64,000 bases of DNA from Candidatus Altimarinota bacterium (GTDB taxonomy: Bacteria > Patescibacteriota > Gracilibacteria > JBDHUY01): positions 32,001 to 96,000 of the forward strand of contig JBDHUY010000003.1 of assembly GCA_039809385.1 (NCBI GenBank), written 5' to 3'. The position numbers and the translations under genes were made by a program. Of the stretch, positions 58,667-64,000 are shown piece after piece. The notes beneath the pieces are model-generated. The model searched no databases, was not told the origin of the DNA, and was given only the letters and a program-made list of their open reading frames with translations. The stretch's first letter is position 1, and the number at the start of each line of letters is the position of its first letter.

Positions 58667-59644
58667 GTGGAAGGAGTAAAACGTGTTTTCCTGTTCTCTT
58701 TGCTCATGGCCGTTATGCTGCCGTTCTTGTCATCGCCGTCTGAAATCGCTTTTGCACAGCAAAATCCGCCCGGCGGGGGACTCCAAGTCTCGCCGGTCAT
58801 TTTCGATTACGATCTGACTGCCGGAACTCAAAAAGTCGACGAGGTCAGTATTATCAATAACGAATCCGAGCGAGTCGAAATGACGACCGAAGTTGCCGAT
58901 TTCGAATACGACGAAAAAGGGGAAATGCGTTATATCGAGGAAAACCAGGAAAATCCCTCAGTCAGTTCCCTCAAAAAATGGCTTCATTACGATACAAAGG
59001 AATTTTCCCTTGAGCCAGGCGGAGAACAACGTATCCGATTTACGGTAGATGTGCCCGCCAATGCCGAACCGGGAGGACATTACGGTGTCATATTTTTTCG
59101 GACCAAACCCAAAGGAAGCGGTAATATCGGTGTGTCGGCCCGGATCGGATCGCTTATTCTGGTTACCATTCCCGGGAATGTCAAAAAGACCGGGGAAGTG
59201 GTCGACTTTAAGATAGGAAAACTGAACGATAAGAACGAAGTCGTTTCCCGCGATTTTTTCGAACGCGGACCGCTAGACGTCTTCTATCGGGTTAAAAATA
59301 CCGGAAATGTCCATTTCAAGCCGACTGGAAGATTACTGATTAAGGATGGAAACGGCAAAATCCTTCAGGAGATTCCTCCCGCCGATCTTCGAGTCTTTCC
59401 CGGGTTAGGTCGCGATTATAACCAGCAAGTCAATCTCGATCCGTGGGGATTCTACGAAGCGGTTCTCGAACTGAACGATGGAGATGGTACCTCTTTGGGC
59501 ACCCGCACTATCAAATTCTGGGGATTCAACTATCCCCTGGTATTGTTCTGGGCTGCCATAGCGATCGCGGTTTTGCTTATAGGGTTTTTCGGTATACGAC
59601 AGTATAACCGCTGGATCGTCAAAAAGGCCACCACCGGTAAGTAA
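58667..59644 (+). CDS. DUF916/WxL-interacting, PapD-chaperone-like protein with a C-terminal TM anchor (start uncertain)
   Basis: GLQVSP, VSIINN, W...FSLEPGGEQRIRFTVDVPANAEPGGHYGVIFF, VKNTGNVH, C-terminal TM plus basic tail. Confidence 0.75.
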   Translation: MEGVKRVFLFSLLMAVMLPFLSSPSEIAFAQQNPPGGGLQVSPVIFDYDLTAGTQKVDEVSIINNESERVEMTTEVADFEYDEKGEMRYIEENQENPSVSSLKKWLHYDTKEFSLEPGGEQRIRFTVDVPANAEPGGHYGVIFFRTKPKGSGNIGVSARIGSLILVTIPGNVKKTGEVVDFKIGKLNDKNEVVSRDFFERGPLDVFYRVKNTGNVHFKPTGRLLIKDGNGKILQEIPPADLRVFPGLGRDYNQQVNLDPWGFYEAVLELNDGDGTSLGTRTIKFWGFNYPLVLFWAAIAIAVLLIGFFGIRQYNRWIVKKATTGK

Positions 59645-59777
59645 ACGCTACTCCTCTTCCGGCATTCCCAAGAATAACATCGTATCCGGTCATTCCCAAT
59701 CTCTTAATTTCGAATCACCAAAACAATGCGATAACCATAAGCATAATTGTCTCCATCGTTTCTCTTTCATTTACGAA

Positions 59778-62378
59778 ATGATGCTTTCTCAAACAAAAAA
59801 AAATATCGGTTCGGTGCTCTTCTTCTGGTTGATGCTCTCATTTTTTTTTCCGGTAAAACCGGTTTTTTCCCAAAGTGACGGTGTAGACCTTACGGCCACC
59901 GTCAATGCGCCCTTACCCGTGGATGCGCCCGTCATGCAGCTGGCCTGTGTCAGTGGTATCGACACTATCCGCGCAAATCTATCCGCCGCCGGCGGGGCCG
60001 CCAACCGCGAATATCAATATGAGATCGGTGATACGGCTCTTTTTAATAATATTGTTGTTGCCTCTTCCTGGAGTCCCCAACTTTTTTATGCGTTCAATGG
60101 CGTCAATTATACTGCCGGTACATATTATCTGAGAGCTAAATCCCGCGATACATTTACTCTTGATGAAAGTCCGTATTCCAATGTCGTGGATACGTTAATT
60201 GTACGCAGTTGCGGATCCGGCGGCGGTGGAGGTAGCGGCGGCGGAATCGTGCTGTCTTCTTCATCCAATGCGAACAATACAAATCGTAATGGGGCGTCGG
60301 CCAATCGAAACTTGAATACTTCCAATGTGAACGCGTTCAATCACAACAGCAATATTGCGCCGATTACCAATGTCCAGATCAGCATCGAACCTTCCACCAT
60401 AACGAATCAAACTGCGGTTACCCTTAACGTTATTGCCAACAACGCTTCGCAAATCTGTTATCAGGGCAATGGCCTTTCCTCTTCAACTGTCACGTGTATT
60501 CCGTATGCAGAGAGTGTGCCCTTGACGCTGAGCCCGGGCGACGGCGATAAATCGTTTTCAGTCTGGCTTAGAAATAATACGACCGAGACTCCGCCTCAGT
60601 CTCTCTCGATTTTCTTGGATCAGACCCCGCCGCCTATTCCGGAGGTATTTGTTCCCGAGCCTGTTACGACCGATCGATTTGTCAACCTGGGATTTGTGTT
60701 GCCGCCCGATGTGACCGGCCTGTATATAGCCGGAGATGGTATCCTTAATAATGGCAATACGTTTGAATGGATCAATCCGACTCGTTTACTGGATCTTATC
60801 TTGAGCGGCCCTGCCGGGATAAAAACAATCACCGTTACGACTCGCGATATGGCCGGAAACGTTAGTCCGCCACGGACAATTACGATCGAATTGATCGATA
60901 TACCGCTGAATGAGAATCAAAACGTCCAAACCAATACCAATGCTTTTCCAGTCTTTAATACCAACCAAAACCAAAATGTCCGTCAGAATAATAACAGAAA
61001 TGCCCCGCTTAACCGGAACCAGAATCGAACTGTCAATCAAAATGCCAACCGGTCGTCTTCGAACGCGAACGAGCATCCGCCCTTGCCAAATCCAAACGCC
61101 AACCTGACTCCACCCTCTTTGGATCAGGATAACGACAACGTCAATTCGAGCGATGAGACCGATGTTTATCATACCGATCCGGCCAAAAATGATACCGACG
61201 ATGATGGATTAAGCGACGGCGAAGAGATCAATATAACCCATACCGACCCGTTGGTAAAAGATACAGATGGCGACCTTCTCTCGGATGCCGATGAGATAAA
61301 CCAGTATCATACCGATCCAAATAAACCGGATACCGACGGAGATACGTTTAGCGATGCCTCCGAGATTCAGGCTGGAACCAACCCTCTGGATAGTAACGAC
61401 TTTCCGGGCAAGGTCGATCCGCTGAAAACCGATGTATTGAGCGGGGAGGAATGCGCCTCGGATAAAGATAAAGACGGTTTATCCGCCTGTCTTGAACAAA
61501 ATCTGGGTACCGATCCGTCGCTTCAGGATACTGACGGAGACTCCTATTCCGATGGAGACGAAGTCTTACTTTATGGTACCAACCCGCTTGATCCGAATGA
61601 CAATCCTGATACGAACACCAATCTGAAAATCGTCAATTTCCGTCCTCCCAACCCGGACCAGGAAGTGGTTACCACAAGCGACTGGTTTATCAGAGGAGTA
61701 TGTCTCTATCCTTCTACGGTGAAGGTCTATCTGGTAGATCAGAATGGACAGGAGGAGGAACTGGGACAAAGCACGTGTCTCGATACCAAGATTTTTTTGC
61801 TCGAAGCCGAAAAAAACTTTGAAGACGGATATTACAATCTCATCGCCCGGCGGTACGGCGAAGATAATACGGTGATCGAAGAATCCCGCTCTATCGCTAT
61901 CGTGGTGGACAAAACCCGGGCGGTAAAGCCTCCCCGGGCGGTTGCTCTGGACGATAAACCGTTGCCGGAGGACGTAAAATTGATTGCCCGGGTCGAGATT
62001 ACGAACAATGTTCCTACCGTATATTGTCAAACAGTACCCGGCGCCCGGGTTGAGGCGACGTTTCAGAGTATCGTCACCTCATCCGCGATGATTGCCGATG
62101 CTACTACCGGTAATTGCTCGGTTACCGCCGCACAAGCTTTGGAAAAGGGCGATCATCGTGTCGTGCTCTATGCCGTTACGCCTCAGGGGCTGCGCAGTTC
62201 CAAAGTGATCGTACCGTTTACAATCACGGATGCACTTGCGGCGGCCACAGAACGCGGATTTAGCTGGTGGTGGTTGCTGCTCCTGCTGGTGCTGACTTCC
62301 GGGGCTACATACTGGTATTATCTACGTGAGAAACGCAAAAAATTACCTAAACAGAAAGAACAGGGAGCAACTATATAA
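59778..62378 (+). CDS. Membrane-anchored surface protein with Ig-like domains, Asn-rich linkers and DTDGDG Ca-binding repeats
   Basis: Signal peptide, VDLTATVNA N-terminus, TDP..DTDGD.LSD..E repeats, C-terminal WWWLLLLL TM plus KRKK. Confidence 0.88.
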   Translation: MMLSQTKKNIGSVLFFWLMLSFFFPVKPVFSQSDGVDLTATVNAPLPVDAPVMQLACVSGIDTIRANLSAAGGAANREYQYEIGDTALFNNIVVASSWSPQLFYAFNGVNYTAGTYYLRAKSRDTFTLDESPYSNVVDTLIVRSCGSGGGGGSGGGIVLSSSSNANNTNRNGASANRNLNTSNVNAFNHNSNIAPITNVQISIEPSTITNQTAVTLNVIANNASQICYQGNGLSSSTVTCIPYAESVPLTLSPGDGDKSFSVWLRNNTTETPPQSLSIFLDQTPPPIPEVFVPEPVTTDRFVNLGFVLPPDVTGLYIAGDGILNNGNTFEWINPTRLLDLILSGPAGIKTITVTTRDMAGNVSPPRTITIELIDIPLNENQNVQTNTNAFPVFNTNQNQNVRQNNNRNAPLNRNQNRTVNQNANRSSSNANEHPPLPNPNANLTPPSLDQDNDNVNSSDETDVYHTDPAKNDTDDDGLSDGEEINITHTDPLVKDTDGDLLSDADEINQYHTDPNKPDTDGDTFSDASEIQAGTNPLDSNDFPGKVDPLKTDVLSGEECASDKDKDGLSACLEQNLGTDPSLQDTDGDSYSDGDEVLLYGTNPLDPNDNPDTNTNLKIVNFRPPNPDQEVVTTSDWFIRGVCLYPSTVKVYLVDQNGQEEELGQSTCLDTKIFLLEAEKNFEDGYYNLIARRYGEDNTVIEESRSIAIVVDKTRAVKPPRAVALDDKPLPEDVKLIARVEITNNVPTVYCQTVPGARVEATFQSIVTSSAMIADATTGNCSVTAAQALEKGDHRVVLYAVTPQGLRSSKVIVPFTITDALAAATERGFSWWWLLLLLVLTSGATYWYYLREKRKKLPKQKEQGATI

Positions 62379-62399
62379 TTCATAAATGTCACATATAAA

Positions 62400-62834
62400 A
62401 TGTCACATGTTACAAGAAAACAGAAGTTTATTACAGGTTCAGTTTCACTTCCTCTTTCTAGTTTTCTTTCGGAACTTGATGCCGCATCAATCCGATCTTT
62501 CTGCCGTCTTTCGACAGTACTGGCAGTCGTGGCGACGGTATTTGTATTGAGCGGGTGTTCAGCCTCCGCTTCGCAAGAAGACCTTTTTGTCGACGCGACC
62601 TCCGATATTGCTTGCGCTACTCAGCAAAACAATCTCGATGTCCGCAAGGATTCTGCGGATTCTCAGCCATTAAAAAATGGGAAAGAATTAGAAGCTGCGG
62701 CGACTTCGATCGCCAAACGCTATGGTTTTGACGATCTGGAAGAGCTTAATTCGTTGGCCAGAAAATACAAAAATAACGAAGACGTCCTGAGCCGTACCAG
62801 GCAAAAGATCCAGCAGCGTTGTCCGAGTACGTAA
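62400..62834 (+). CDS. Putative lipoprotein (start uncertain)
   Basis: Hydrophobic stretch ending in the lipobox LSGC. Confidence 0.6.
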   Translation: MSHVTRKQKFITGSVSLPLSSFLSELDAASIRSFCRLSTVLAVVATVFVLSGCSASASQEDLFVDATSDIACATQQNNLDVRKDSADSQPLKNGKELEAAATSIAKRYGFDDLEELNSLARKYKNNEDVLSRTRQKIQQRCPST

Positions 62835-63050
62835 GTCTGAGCCGGGAAAAGCGCATGTGATTTTACTGAAATCCGTCGACATTGATTGAAATTGGTAAAG
62901 ATTTAAGCGAACAGCTTTGCGGTTAATCTTTATTTCAGTCGTCCTAGATTCTTTATTCTTGTCTCCTTAAGGCATCCGGCTGGTTCGGACGTTTTTTTTG
63001 ATCGGAGCTTGGACGGTAGAGGTCGAATCATGGTATACTTATGGGAAACT

Positions 63051-64000
63051 ATGAATATGCAAACCAACAATCTCGCCCGCTGGGTCAGTAAAGTCTTCAA
63101 TATCTCGCCGCGCGAAGTAGTACGCGTTCTCAATACCTGGGTCCTCAGATTTCTGTATTATTTGGGATTCTTTCTCTCCTGGACTCTCTCTATCGCGCTT
63201 TTTGTCGACCGCTACGGCATTTTTTACTTGCCCTTGTTTTATATCGCCCAGGCCGGATTTTCTATTTTTGGATCGTTTATCTACAGCCAGCTGACCTATC
63301 GCATTGCGCTCGGAAAGTTATTGTTCATCACCGTAGTTGGCCTGGTCTTATCTTTGTTTCTAGCCGTAGCTAATCTGACGACTCCTTTGCTCTTCTTTGT
63401 GTTTTTGCTGCTTGCCACCGGTATATTTATTCCCCAGATCGATATTTTACTGGCCCGCTACAGTGAAGAAAACTTTTCGCCGCTGGAAAGCCAACGAGTC
63501 TTACCTTTCATCGACAGTACCGAACCGATCGGGGGTATTTTAGCCGGTATTTTGATCAGTACGTTTATCGGTTTTTTGCACGCCGAAACATTTTTGTTTT
63601 TCGTAGCCGGTGTGTTTTCTCTCCTGCTGGCGGCTTTTTTCCTGGTCGTACGCGTCCGCCGCCGCAGCTCGGTTACTCCCGACGAAAAAGAACACGGCAC
63701 CATCGTTTCGATCAAGCGCGGACTCGAACATCTTAAGGCTATCTCCTTTATGCGCGGTCTGGCTATTCTGGTATTTGTCTGGATCCTGGCTTTTAATACG
63801 GTAGAGATACATTTTACCAAGACTGTTGAAGAGCTGCTCCATCACGGTTCTTCTCAGGAACATGCCGAAAGTATACCAAGTGCGGTTGAAACGGTTCACG
63901 GAGCTGCCGAGGAACACCCCCCTGTTCCTGTTAGCAATATCCTGTCCGAGGACAAGCCGGAAAGATCGGCATTGAAAGATGTGCTGGCTGAAAGGCTTGG
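63051..64000 (+). CDS. NTT/TLC (ATP/ADP translocase-like) MFS-fold transporter, 3'-partial
   Basis: Own translation: MNMQTNNLARWVSKVFNISPREV...ALFVDRYGIFYLPLFYI...FSPLESQRVLPFIDSTEPIGGILAG. Absent from the ORF track, consistent with the stop lying beyond the window edge. Confidence 0.7.
   Translation, partial: MNMQTNNLARWVSKVFNISPREVVRVLNTWVLRFLYYLGFFLSWTLSIALFVDRYGIFYLPLFYIAQAGFSIFGSFIYSQLTYRIALGKLLFITVVGLVLSLFLAVANLTTPLLFFVFLLLATGIFIPQIDILLARYSEENFSPLESQRVLPFIDSTEPIGGILAGILISTFIGFLHAETFLFFVAGVFSLLLAAFFLVVRVRRRSSVTPDEKEHGTIVSIKRGLEHLKAISFMRGLAILVFVWILAFNTVEIHFTKTVEELLHHGSSQEHAESIPSAVETVHGAAEEHPPVPVSNILSEDKPERSALKDVLAERL

Noticed and set aside
1-64000. Alternative genetic code 25 (TGA=Gly) as in Gracilibacteria/Absconditabacteria
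   Set aside because: Long genes, including the 10.7-kb ORF, are intact under code 11, and TGA ends plausible genes (e.g. 19227, 35911).
1-64000. CRISPR array
   Set aside because: No regularly spaced 23-47-bp repeats with unique spacers and no cas genes. The repeats seen are period-7/9 arrays or dispersed palindromes.

Overview
Chromosomal window from a small-genome bacterium. The gene repertoire (type IV pilus genes, a CPR-type VirB2-like pilin, a giant surface protein, mostly SD-less genes, rplJL detached from rpoB) suggests Patescibacteria/CPR, possibly Peregrinibacteria-like; this is inference. It reads in standard code 11. Housekeeping genes: four tRNAs (Leu-TAG, Lys-TTT, Arg-GCG, Lys-CTT), proS, mutY, cobO-like, rplJ-rplL with L10 leader, grpE, pilN/O/C, prepilin peptidase and three NUDIX genes. 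Candidate novel features: (1) a three-gene locus resembling an usher-less donor-strand pilus (CfaB/WxL-like subunit, membrane-anchored chaperone-like protein, membrane anchor with a matching N-terminal LTATV strand) behind a strong promoter and a ~170-nt structured RNA; (2) an AT-rich island, next to a 244-bp MITE, with two paralogous degenerate GHMP-kinase-fold proteins bracketing a SpoT-type HD hydrolase and an EgtD-like methyltransferase; (3) a four-helix-bundle gene enclosed by inverted 7-bp repeat arrays, with related arrays at many gene boundaries; (4) a ~19-kb co-oriented cluster of Cys-rich secreted proteins headed by a 3587-aa protein; (5) recurring Asn-X-Asn linkers. An NTT/TLC-like transporter missing from the ORF track runs off the right edge. 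All assignments come from motif reading; no searches were run.
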